A stretch of 44,172 nucleotides of DNA. Source: a virus. A model generated the notes under the pieces. That model did not search any database. It was not told the origin of the DNA and saw nothing but the letters and a program-made list of their open reading frames with translations. Location: UHGV virus genome UHGV-1367777; one strand, written 5' to 3'. Position numbers and translations under genes: made by a program. Below are positions 27,377 to 34,814 of the stretch, piece after piece. The stretch's first letter is position 1. Each line of letters starts with the position of its first letter.

Positions 27377-28801
27377 TCAATAGAAATCAATATTTTCAAC
27401 GTAAGCAACCGGACGGATGACCGGGAACATGCGCACTACTGGATAGCCCGCGGCGTCGTTCATGTGGTCCACGCCTGCGGTTTTATCCGGCTCACCCTTC
27501 TTCATGTCGTAGACCTGCTGCTCTAAGCATTTCGCAAGTGTAGGGCATTTATCGATATTCACGAAATACCGACGACGGCCAACACCATCACACATCATTG
27601 CGTTCATCGCTACGATGCGGTTTCGAACTGGCGGGTTTACTGCGTCATACTCCACGGCGAAACCCGCCTCTTCCAGCAGGGCGATATCCGATGCCGATGC
27701 ATTGACCGTTTTCCGGCTGTTCCCGCTGGCGTCAGGGTAGATCCACACCAGGTCGGCGGCGCAATAGTCTGGATAGCGCGCTTCAATCTCGGCAATCATC
27801 GCAGGGGTATCAAACATGTCTACCAGTTCGTCTACCGCGTGGAGTTCCTCGTGAAGCAGTTTGCTTTCCTGCACTTCGCCCGTGTCCTCGTCCTCAATCG
27901 TCACCACCTCGATACGGTTGCGACGGACGTACACGACGCCGGACATCTTCGTGACGTTGAAGTCCATCCCAATATGCAGCGTGTCGCCCGGCTGGATAGT
28001 TTCTGTCGAGTTGTTTTCCGTCCGGCTGAACATCTTATACACCGCGCCGGATGTCAGGTTGACGAACTCGCCGTTCAGGTACGCTTCGATCAGGTTGGCC
28101 GGGTACTGGCTACGCAGCAGATCTATGAAGTCCGGCGGCAAGTGGTGGTTGTCCGTCGTTTTCGCTTTTATGAGGCGCTTCTGGCTGTCCTTCTCGACTT
28201 CGAAAATCTGGTACATCGCGCGGAAACCTTCCGGCGTCGACACGATAACGAACTGGCGAACGCTACCCGCGCGCAGACGGCCCAGTAACTTCTGGTATGC
28301 GGCGATCGCGACGTCCATCTTCGTGGTGTCGAACTCGTCGGCAACAATCCACGCGGCGTTCACCCCGATCAAGCGGGTGTAGTTCTCCATGGATTCGCAA
28401 ATAACGCGCGTCCACTTGCCCTTCACCAGTACGCGGTAGATTTTGTCCTGCTTATTGAATTTCCACTTCAGCCCGGCCTCGTCGAACGCCTTTTCCAGTT
28501 CCGGGTACATGATTTTGACCAGGAGGGGAATTGTCGGTTCGGTCACGATGCCGTCATGACCCGGGTTAAGCGTCAGTAGCTGGACCACTTTACGCGCGGC
28601 CACCCAGGACTTTCCGCCGCCGAAGCCTGAACACAGGCCCAGGATTTTGGTTTTGGTGTCGCGTAACAGTTCGACCTGGTGCGGGAGACAGTCTGGACGG
28701 AAAACCCGCACGGCCTGGGCCACTCGTGTCGGCTTCGGCATGCGGGTTAGTCTGCGGGCCAGGCGGTCGGCCTCCGCGAACTCGGCGCGGTGGTCAATCA
28801 T
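27377..28801 (-). CDS. terL: terminase large subunit
   Basis: Walker A-like GFGGGKSW. ATPase N-domain plus nuclease C-domain. 474 aa. Confidence 0.85.
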   Translation of the reverse strand: MIDHRAEFAEADRLARRLTRMPKPTRVAQAVRVFRPDCLPHQVELLRDTKTKILGLCSGFGGGKSWVAARKVVQLLTLNPGHDGIVTEPTIPLLVKIMYPELEKAFDEAGLKWKFNKQDKIYRVLVKGKWTRVICESMENYTRLIGVNAAWIVADEFDTTKMDVAIAAYQKLLGRLRAGSVRQFVIVSTPEGFRAMYQIFEVEKDSQKRLIKAKTTDNHHLPPDFIDLLRSQYPANLIEAYLNGEFVNLTSGAVYKMFSRTENNSTETIQPGDTLHIGMDFNVTKMSGVVYVRRNRIEVVTIEDEDTGEVQESKLLHEELHAVDELVDMFDTPAMIAEIEARYPDYCAADLVWIYPDASGNSRKTVNASASDIALLEEAGFAVEYDAVNPPVRNRIVAMNAMMCDGVGRRRYFVNIDKCPTLAKCLEQQVYDMKKGEPDKTAGVDHMNDAAGYPVVRMFPVIRPVAYVENIDFY

Positions 28802-29316
28802 TCGCCTTGCCCCTTGCCTGCTGGTTCAACGGCGACGTCACCTGTTTCGTCGTCTTCTTCCACTGGCTCGTCGTCACGCATCTTGTGGGCTGACTTCAGC
28901 ATGAATGTAGCGAATCCCGCATTCATTGCGATGCCGCCGGATTCCATGATGAATGACTTCTGCATTTCCAGCGCTTCGGCGTATGCCTGGGCGAACTCTG
29001 GGTGTTTGCGGGTCCAGCGGTATACGCAAGCCACGCCAACGCCGATCGCCTGGGCGAATCGCCCAACGGTAGGCATACGGTCCTTCGGGATGACCTGCGC
29101 GCCCCCTTTGTCCGTGTAGTTGATTTCCCACGGTTGTGCGCTGCCGAAGTATTCGAGGATTTCGGCACAGTAACAATCCCGGTAGTCAGTCTGCCGACCT
29201 TCTTTACCCAGCAGGGCATACTCTGTTTGCTGGCCCGGTTTGCGTTTCCGGGTGATGGCTACGCGCCCGTCTAATCGATCGCGACGGCGGCGGCCTTTGA
29301 GCGGTCTTTCTGCCAT
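28798..29316 (-). CDS. terS: terminase small subunit
   Basis: HTH VGRFAQAIGVGVACVYRW in the N-terminal half. ATGA overlap with terL. Acidic C-terminus. Confidence 0.65.
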   Translation of the reverse strand: MAERPLKGRRRRDRLDGRVAITRKRKPGQQTEYALLGKEGRQTDYRDCYCAEILEYFGSAQPWEINYTDKGGAQVIPKDRMPTVGRFAQAIGVGVACVYRWTRKHPEFAQAYAEALEMQKSFIMESGGIAMNAGFATFMLKSAHKMRDDEPVEEDDETGDVAVEPAGKGQGE

Positions 29317-29349
29317 TTTGATTTACTCCATTCAGTGGTTGCCGACCAT

Positions 29350-29380
29350 CGGCGACCATCGACGGGGGCCACCCCCGTAA
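29350..29380. promoter_or_regulatory. GC hairpin ACGGGGGCCACCCCCGT plus direct repeats CGACCATCG x2 upstream of terS
   Basis: Related to the hairpin inside the iteron elements. Confidence 0.5.
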
Positions 29381-29399
29381 GCCGGAGTATATCAAGCAA

Positions 29400-29428
29400 T
29401 AAAAAACCCGCCAAATTAGGCGGGTTGG
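29400..29428 (-). terminator. terminator AACCCGCCaaattaGGCGGGTT + T-run (minus strand)
   Basis: Ends the - early operon ahead of the late terS-headed operon. Confidence 0.6.
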
Positions 29429-29430
29429 GG

Positions 29431-29739
29431 TTAGATTGATTCGTCCAGCATGCGGCGCATCATGCATAGTGCGCCCTGAGTGAATGGTTGAGTGGCCAGG
29501 CCGTCGAATACCCGGCGATTCAGTTCGTTCGTGATGCGGTGCCGGATGGTGAACCAGCACTGTCTGATCGCACCGTTAACCTGACGGCCTTCGCGCTGGG
29601 CGAATCGCATTGCCAGTTCCAGCGTGACCATGGTATCCAGGTATTCCGCTTCGTCATACTTCTGCGTCATAGTCGAGGACCTCCCACTTGCCAACGCCTT
29701 CCCAGTACCAGTAATCACCGCGCACCGCCGAGAATCCAC
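29431..29739 (-). CDS. hypothetical protein
   Basis: ORF. The probable start is at MTQKYDE (about 29670). Confidence 0.4.
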   Translation of the reverse strand: MDSRRCAVITGTGKALASGRSSTMTQKYDEAEYLDTMVTLELAMRFAQREGRQVNGAIRQCWFTIRHRITNELNRRVFDGLATQPFTQGALCMMRRMLDESI

Positions 29740-29947
29740 GCCCGAAGAACGTATCGCCGTACCAGATGCGGAATGTTCTGAACGGGCGGAATTTATCGCC
29801 GTTGCGCTTGCACACCGCCCGCGTCATCCGGGTCAGGCTGATCGCTTCGATGGCTGGCCACACAACCCATACCCACGTAAACAGCAGGGCGAAAAGAGCG
29901 ACGGCAACGTTCAGCACTACGCCCGACCAAAACAGATAGTTAACCAT
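29654..29947 (-). CDS. hypothetical membrane protein
   Basis: N-terminal TM segment(s) MVNYLFWSGVVLNVAVALFALLFTWVWVVW. Confidence 0.45.
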   Translation of the reverse strand: MVNYLFWSGVVLNVAVALFALLFTWVWVVWPAIEAISLTRMTRAVCKRNGDKFRPFRTFRIWYGDTFFGRGFSAVRGDYWYWEGVGKWEVLDYDAEV

Positions 29948-30128
29948 TGGATTCCCCTAATTTATTAAGGATTTCACGCGCCAGGTATACAGCCTCGTCC
30001 TGGGTAATTAACGTCTCGTCCCCGTTCACCGACTCCACAACCAGCCAACCAGCGCCGAAAGAGAAATCGACGTGGTCGCCGTCTTTATCGACGATGCGCA
30101 GGCGCGAGCCAGACAGCCATTGTTTCAT
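29940..30128 (-). CDS. hypothetical protein (62 aa)
   Basis: ORF in an operon context. Confidence 0.4.
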   Translation of the reverse strand: MKQWLSGSRLRIVDKDGDHVDFSFGAGWLVVESVNGDETLITQDEAVYLAREILNKLGESNG

Positions 30129-30346
30129 ATTTCATTCCTGTCATGCCGGGATACGCCCCGGCGGGTGAATAATTCGACGCTGCCCTGTTTGTGGGTCATG
30201 AGTCGGTTGTTTACGATCGCGTGGCGCTCGCATTTGGTATCGAAGCGATATTTTGCGATCGTCACTTCGTTTAGCCCAGTCGCGCGGCACGTATCGGCGA
30301 TGGTGCCGTATAGCTTCAGCAATTCGGGAATGCTCTTGATGTTCAT
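30125..30346 (-). CDS. small HTH DNA-binding protein
   Basis: YGTIADTCRATGLNEVTIAKY is a helix-turn-helix. Start at MNIKSI. Confidence 0.5.
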   Translation of the reverse strand: MNIKSIPELLKLYGTIADTCRATGLNEVTIAKYRFDTKCERHAIVNNRLMTHKQGSVELFTRRGVSRHDRNEI

Positions 30347-30588
30347 AGCGTCACCATCTTCCCGCACTTATTGCAGGTCCTGGTGGTGTTTAGCATGCTG
30401 TACGACCAGACGTGCTGGCAAGTCTCCTGCCGCCCCTCCGCCTTCTGTTCAGCCTCCAGGCGGGGCAGTAGCATCTTGAACGCGTCCAGGGCGAACTCTT
30501 CAGACAGGGACAAAAAGCCCACGTCTGCTTTGTTGCGCTCCTGGCGTTTTATCTCCCGGCGCAAACTGGTGATTGTTACTTTGCTCAT
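30343..30588 (-). CDS. hypothetical protein with C-terminal zinc ribbon (CQHVW...CNKCGK)
   Basis: Paired Cys. Start at MSKVTI. Confidence 0.4.
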   Translation of the reverse strand: MSKVTITSLRREIKRQERNKADVGFLSLSEEFALDAFKMLLPRLEAEQKAEGRQETCQHVWSYSMLNTTRTCNKCGKMVTL

Positions 30589-30848
30589 AGGGCCATCCCC
30601 GTTGATGGTGGTGTGCATTTAGGGCAGTAATGTGAATCGCTGCCGTTCAGGTTGTTCGGGCAGTTCTTCGGGTCCCGGTTCAGGTTGTGGCGGTTGACGA
30701 ACTCCCGGCGCTCTTCGTGCAGGCGCGCCACGGTCGCTTCAGCCTGGGCGATAATCTCGTCGAACTGCTTCAGCTTATGCTCGACCTCGAATCGCGTCTC
30801 CATGGTGGCCGCGACCACGCAGGCTTTTTCATACTGACGATTTGGCAT
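30585..30848 (-). CDS. hypothetical Cys-rich protein
   Basis: CPNNLNGSDSHYCPKC. Start at MPNRQY. Confidence 0.4.
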   Translation of the reverse strand: MPNRQYEKACVVAATMETRFEVEHKLKQFDEIIAQAEATVARLHEERREFVNRHNLNRDPKNCPNNLNGSDSHYCPKCTPPSTGMAL

Positions 30849-31048
30849 TAAACCCACTCCTTAACCAGTACCGGGTTGATTGCATCGTTAAAGCGCTCTG
30901 GTTTGGACCGCGCATAATAGCGCGCGCTATAGCGCACATCTTCGGCCACCAGGCCACGCACGTACAGCACGGCAACTTCCCCATTTGGGTACACGAGCCA
31001 GTAAGAATCCGCTCCGTCCAGCTTATCCACTGCTTGATAAAGTCTCAT
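30848..31048 (-). CDS. hypothetical protein (66 aa)
   Basis: ORF preceded by the ATTGGTTGC motif region. Confidence 0.4.
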   Translation of the reverse strand: MRLYQAVDKLDGADSYWLVYPNGEVAVLYVRGLVAEDVRYSARYYARSKPERFNDAINPVLVKEWV

Positions 31049-31108
31049 AATAGCCTCGCTTTGTTTTGACGAAATGGAGTATTGCAGATGATTGGTTGCA
31101 CGTCAAGC

Positions 31109-31140
31109 ATAAAAAAGCCCCCATCAGGAGGCTTTAGCTT
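31109..31140 (-). terminator. terminator-like hairpin with T-run (minus strand)
   Basis: AAAGCCTCCtgatGGGGGCTTTTTT on the minus strand. Confidence 0.45.
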
Positions 31141-31327
31141 TTTTGGTCTTCGGCTTAGGCTTTTCCGGTTCCGGGATGGCAAATTCCCGCACCGCAGGAA
31201 GCTGGCCGATCAGCGCCGCCCGCGCACCCGCATCCGACTCAACCGCCAGCGCCTTCAGGATGCGCGACAGCTTATCCGCCTTACTCTCTAACATGCGTTT
31301 CTCCCCTTTCTCTCGGCAACGCCCCAC
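31124..31327 (-). CDS. hypothetical protein
   Basis: ORF after the endolysin. The start is ambiguous (31327 or MLESK at 31294). Confidence 0.35.
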   Translation of the reverse strand: MGRCREKGEKRMLESKADKLSRILKALAVESDAGARAALIGQLPAVREFAIPEPEKPKPKTKKAKAS

Positions 31328-31779
31328 TGGTCCCCGTCAAACAGCGCCACACGTCCTGTAGCGCGTCGAACGAGACCCGGCAACACTTTACCAGCCTGAT
31401 ACTTGAATGTCGGCAGGATGGCCCGCACACGCGCCCAGTTGCCGTCTCTGATAGCATCGTCCAGGTCATTGGCCTCGCCATCCGGCACGAGTGGGCCTGT
31501 CCCTGCGTTGATTCCCAGGTCCACCAGGGCGTCGAATTGAGCCTGGTTGATCGACGGGTGAACATACTTGTTCAGGGTGTCTACTACCTTCTGGACGTCG
31601 GCCTTCAGCAGCGCCAGCGCCTGATCGCGCGTAATGCTGTTTGGCGGTTTAGTCCCGGTATGGCCGTAACCCCAGGTGTAGATCCCGCGCTCCTGCTCTT
31701 TCTTCGTTGCGAAATACGGACGAGGCTGGAATGTCTCCCAGGCCGCCGTAAATCGTAACCCGTTATCGCTGAATTGCAT
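31288..31779 (-). CDS. endolysin, lysozyme-like, probably T4-lysozyme (GH24) type
   Basis: SDNGLRFTAAWETF with a catalytic Glu, and YTWGYGHTG, which matches the T4-lysozyme TIGYGHT signature. Confidence 0.75.
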   Translation of the reverse strand: MQFSDNGLRFTAAWETFQPRPYFATKKEQERGIYTWGYGHTGTKPPNSITRDQALALLKADVQKVVDTLNKYVHPSINQAQFDALVDLGINAGTGPLVPDGEANDLDDAIRDGNWARVRAILPTFKYQAGKVLPGLVRRATGRVALFDGDQWGVAERKGRNAC

Positions 31780-32050
31780 GTTTATCCCCTAGCCAGCTTC
31801 GGATTGAGTTGCGTAACGCCCGCAGCAAGAAAAGCCATAGCACAGTATGCAGAAGTGCGGGCGTTACGTGGTCATAGTAGACGGACATTAGCCCGGCGAT
31901 CCCCGTGAAGGCCGTTGAAAGGTACAGGACTCGCCCAAATAACCCGTCATTAACGCGCCGGGAGTACACGTTATACAGGGAGGCCAGCACCAGCGCCAGG
32001 AAAAAGAAATAACCCGGCAGGCCCTCTATCAGATTGAGTCCGTTGATCAT
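31763..32050 (-). CDS. holin
   Basis: 95 aa, 2-3 TM segments, charged C-terminus. Immediately upstream of the endolysin. Confidence 0.6.
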   Translation of the reverse strand: MINGLNLIEGLPGYFFFLALVLASLYNVYSRRVNDGLFGRVLYLSTAFTGIAGLMSVYYDHVTPALLHTVLWLFLLRALRNSIRSWLGDKHAIQR

Positions 32051-32379
32051 GGTTTGTCACCTCGCTGAAATGGAAATCGGATTTCACTGATTGCCATTTT
32101 TGCGCGTTCTGTGATCGGCATCCATAAGATAGCGCTGAAAAATCCCAACCCAGCAATACCCCTCGGCGAGGTAATACCCCACATTTCGGCGGCCCAGGGC
32201 GCACCGAACACGGCGAAGAAGAAGCCGATCACCACGTACACCACGAAATTCCATGTCCCTTTGGTGGCTTCAGGGTGCAGTCGCGCCCCGATAATACCCC
32301 CGGCAATGCCACCCAGGACGACAAGCGCCCAATCTCCAAACTGTTTGAACAGTTCCAAAATAAAATCCCCCGTGTGCAC
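32047..32379 (-). CDS. holin/antiholin-like membrane protein
   Basis: 110 aa with multiple TM segments. ATGA-coupled to the holin. Confidence 0.5.
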   Translation of the reverse strand: MHTGDFILELFKQFGDWALVVLGGIAGGIIGARLHPEATKGTWNFVVYVVIGFFFAVFGAPWAAEMWGITSPRGIAGLGFFSAILWMPITERAKMAISEIRFPFQRGDKP

Positions 32380-32415
32380 GATTGCATCACGGGGGATATT
32401 AACATGGGATAAATC

Positions 32416-32622
32416 TTAGTCCAATTTGTACTCAACCAGTATCCGGGTTGGGTCCATCCGGTGCATGGTGCCGTCTGCCTCCACTCTGATCCACCCGCTG
32501 CCGTAGGTGATCGCATCCTGGGCGGCCTTTGCGTGTTCGGCCATGTTGTCCAGTGCATGTGCGAACTTGTCGCCCGTGGCCTGGACCACCGCCCCTATGA
32601 TTTCAATCTTTGCCTCGTTCAT
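32416..32622 (-). CDS. hypothetical protein (68 aa)
   Basis: ORF. Confidence 0.4.
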   Translation of the reverse strand: MNEAKIEIIGAVVQATGDKFAHALDNMAEHAKAAQDAITYGSGWIRVEADGTMHRMDPTRILVEYKLD

Positions 32623-32999
32623 CGCTTCGTTCTCCGGTGGTGCGCCTTCGCACGCTCGCCCTTGTAGGTGATTCGCAGCCCGCTAACAAGCTGCCGTGTA
32701 GTGATTACCCAGCCCTCGCGCCGGGCGCGGGCATGGATTCGGGCGACCTGGCGGGTGCGCATTTCCGGGCTGTTATCCACCCACGGCCACACCAGTTCGG
32801 TCACACCCTCGCGAATCATTGTCTGGATCTGCGCCAGGGCGATCAGCCATGTCAGCGTCCCGTTACACCCGGAATGGCGGCCAGCACCACGACGCCAGGC
32901 ATAGCCCTTGGCGTAGGCATAGACCTCAGGCCCCTGGACACGGGTGGCGTGGCGTGGTGGCTTGACGTGCTTCTTCAGGATGTCAGTTGCGAGACTCAT
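32619..32999 (-). CDS. hypothetical protein (126 aa, basic)
   Basis: ORF. Arg-rich C-terminus, possibly nucleic-acid binding. Confidence 0.4.
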   Translation of the reverse strand: MSLATDILKKHVKPPRHATRVQGPEVYAYAKGYAWRRGAGRHSGCNGTLTWLIALAQIQTMIREGVTELVWPWVDNSPEMRTRQVARIHARARREGWVITTRQLVSGLRITYKGERAKAHHRRTKR

Positions 33000-33144
33000 T
33001 GCGGCGGTCCAGTTCTTTGTCGATAAGGTCGATCAGCCATTTCGTGGACTGAAACGGCGCGTAGCATCGGCGGTACTGCATGAGTTCGGCCGGGGTGAAC
33101 GCCTGCAACACTTCCGGCTCGCGCTTGATGTCGTCAATGCTCAT
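32992..33144 (-). CDS. small hypothetical protein (~50 aa, MSIDDIKREPEVLQAF...)
   Basis: Below the ORF-track cutoff. It fills the gap and its ATGA overlaps the upstream gene. Confidence 0.3.
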
Positions 33145-33365
33145 TTCGCCTTCTCCTGGTAGTTGCGGCCTACCAGGGTCATGCGGTGCATCGCGTACAG
33201 GGACGGGGTCGTGGTGTCGCCCACCTGAGTTACACGGCGACCACTACAGGCAGGATTAACCCACACCTTGCGAAGCCGAACAACGTCACTCGCCTTGCTC
33301 TTGTTAATCAGCACATACAGGTCCCCTGTACGCGGACCCCGAAGCACATCACCAATCTGATACAT
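33141..33365 (-). CDS. hypothetical protein (74 aa)
   Basis: GAGGAG RBS. Preceded by a single ATTGGTTGC motif. Confidence 0.45.
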   Translation of the reverse strand: MYQIGDVLRGPRTGDLYVLINKSKASDVVRLRKVWVNPACSGRRVTQVGDTTTPSLYAMHRMTLVGRNYQEKAK

Positions 33366-33424
33366 GTCTTACTCCTCGTTTGCGTTTCGAGCATCCTGCC
33401 ACAACGCACGACATGATGCAACCA

Positions 33425-33551
33425 ATATTACTTCAGACTGTACATGCGCACATAGCAACGAAGCATCATGTACGCCTGCCACTTACTCCGACCCCAAAAC
33501 ACCATCCACACGTAATGGTGCCGCAGTCGGTCCACCTTCTCTTCGTAGGTC
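33425..33551 (-). CDS. small hypothetical protein (~42 aa)
   Basis: Below the cutoff. Fills the gap after 33550-33894. Confidence 0.25.
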
Positions 33552-33894
33552 ATTTCGAATGCTCCACCATGCCAGCATCCTGCATAGCGCGCGCAATCTC
33601 GCCCGCCCCGGTGCCGTATGCGGTGGCCTGGTTGGTTATGCCGAGTAATTTGCGCATCGCCTCAAGCTGGGCTTCTGCGGTCTGCGCCCTGGCCGTCATG
33701 ATAGCCAACTGGTCGCGAAGGTCCGCTGTCTGGTCACTCTTCGCCAGGGCTGAGTAGTCGTCCTGAAGGTTGATGATATGCGCCTTGTACCCCCGATTCA
33801 GATCGCGAAGCTGGTTGTTGCTGTTCTCCAGCAGCAGGACGGATTGTAACGCGGTCTGCATTGCCGCTTTGAAGTTGTCCAGTTCTTTGCTCAT
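33550..33894 (-). CDS. hypothetical coiled-coil protein
   Basis: 114 aa. Heptad-like QLRDLN...AQLEAMRKLL. Confidence 0.45.
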   Translation of the reverse strand: MSKELDNFKAAMQTALQSVLLLENSNNQLRDLNRGYKAHIINLQDDYSALAKSDQTADLRDQLAIMTARAQTAEAQLEAMRKLLGITNQATAYGTGAGEIARAMQDAGMVEHSK

Positions 33895-34415
33895 TTCAAC
33901 ATCTCCCGCACCCAGGCCAGGCGCTTCTTGTTGGTGTGCTGTGTGCGATTCTTAAGGTCGCGGGCATACGCAACCTTCCCAAACGGATACATCTTGTCAC
34001 GGCCCGGCAGTACAGTTTTGAATAAAGCCATCACGCCCCACCGCGCCGTACCTAGGATATTGTGAGCGATGCACCACTGTGACAGGTTGGAACACAGCCC
34101 GACTGAAGGGTCCAGGATGGTGTGACGCCATGCGCCCGTCTCAGCCCAGACTAGCCATTCAGCCAGGAACTGCTTAAGCACACTCATGCCGCCTGCCAGT
34201 TCAGCGTCGATCCGGTTCTTAGTGCCTTCGGCGGTGATGGTGCGGATAACCGCACGGCCACGGTTGGTGATGCGCTTTGTCTCCACGCTGTAATCGCGGG
34301 TGCCGTCTTCGTAGATGATCCGGCAGTACGTTTTTCCGTTGATGGTGCAAGTTTTGATGTCAGCCATTTTGATGCCCTCAGTTCGTTGTCGATGAAAAGA
34401 TAATAGCGCATGCAA
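33891..34415 (-). CDS. hypothetical two-domain protein. Its C-terminal half is a paralog of 22929-23246
   Basis: See the paralog alignment. The probable start is MADIKTC (about 34367). It is the first gene of the - early operon, after a pair of ATTGGTTGC motifs. Confidence 0.55.
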   Translation of the reverse strand: MHALLSFHRQRTEGIKMADIKTCTINGKTYCRIIYEDGTRDYSVETKRITNRGRAVIRTITAEGTKNRIDAELAGGMSVLKQFLAEWLVWAETGAWRHTILDPSVGLCSNLSQWCIAHNILGTARWGVMALFKTVLPGRDKMYPFGKVAYARDLKNRTQHTNKKRLAWVREMLK

Positions 34416-34436
34416 CCAACTAATGCAACCAATTAT
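34410..34436 (-). promoter_or_regulatory. paired ATTGGTTGC motifs (minus-strand orientation) with an adjacent AT-rich stretch
   Basis: GCAACCAA at about 34412 and 34425 on the + strand. Confidence 0.45.
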
Positions 34437-34568
34437 TTAAACTATTTTCGTGTGCGTGTGCGATCGCGATCTTAACGTTAGGACTAATCCGAGTTGCCGC
34501 AATCCAATCTGCGCACCTCCTATCTGTTGCCGACATCAATTGCAGTATGCTGCCGACAGTGTGCAAAA

Positions 34569-34775
34569 ATGAATATGCGAATTTCTATTCAGTCTGAAGA
34601 CGAGGGGGGCCGATACCCCCCGTCTAGTCTGAAAGACTGGGATTTGTCCCGCTCCGTCCCGCCCCTGAGAGCCGCGCCACGCCTGAGGGGGACGCCGGGA
34701 CGTCCCGTTTGTCCCGCTTCAATTTTGTCCCGCTTTTTGTCCCGCTTATTTATGCACGGCAACTGCATAACTATT
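34569..34775. repeat. iteron-rich element copy B
   Basis: Same architecture as copy A. It has the hairpin GACGAGGGGGGCC-gata-CCCCCCGTCT, the palindrome AGTCTGAAAGACT, three tandem TTGTCCCGC units, CGGGACGTCCCG, and the DnaA-box-like TTATGCACG. It lies just 3' of the primase-helicase gene. Confidence 0.85.
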
Positions 34776-34814
34776 CTGCAATTGGTTGCCACTGTAATTG
34801 GTTGCCACATCATT

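Noticed and set aside
31076-31100. ATTGGTTGC at about 31092 as a + strand promoter
   Set aside because: No + strand gene lies downstream. More likely it acts, as the reverse-orientation form, for the minus-strand gene at 30848-31048, or it is a regulator site.
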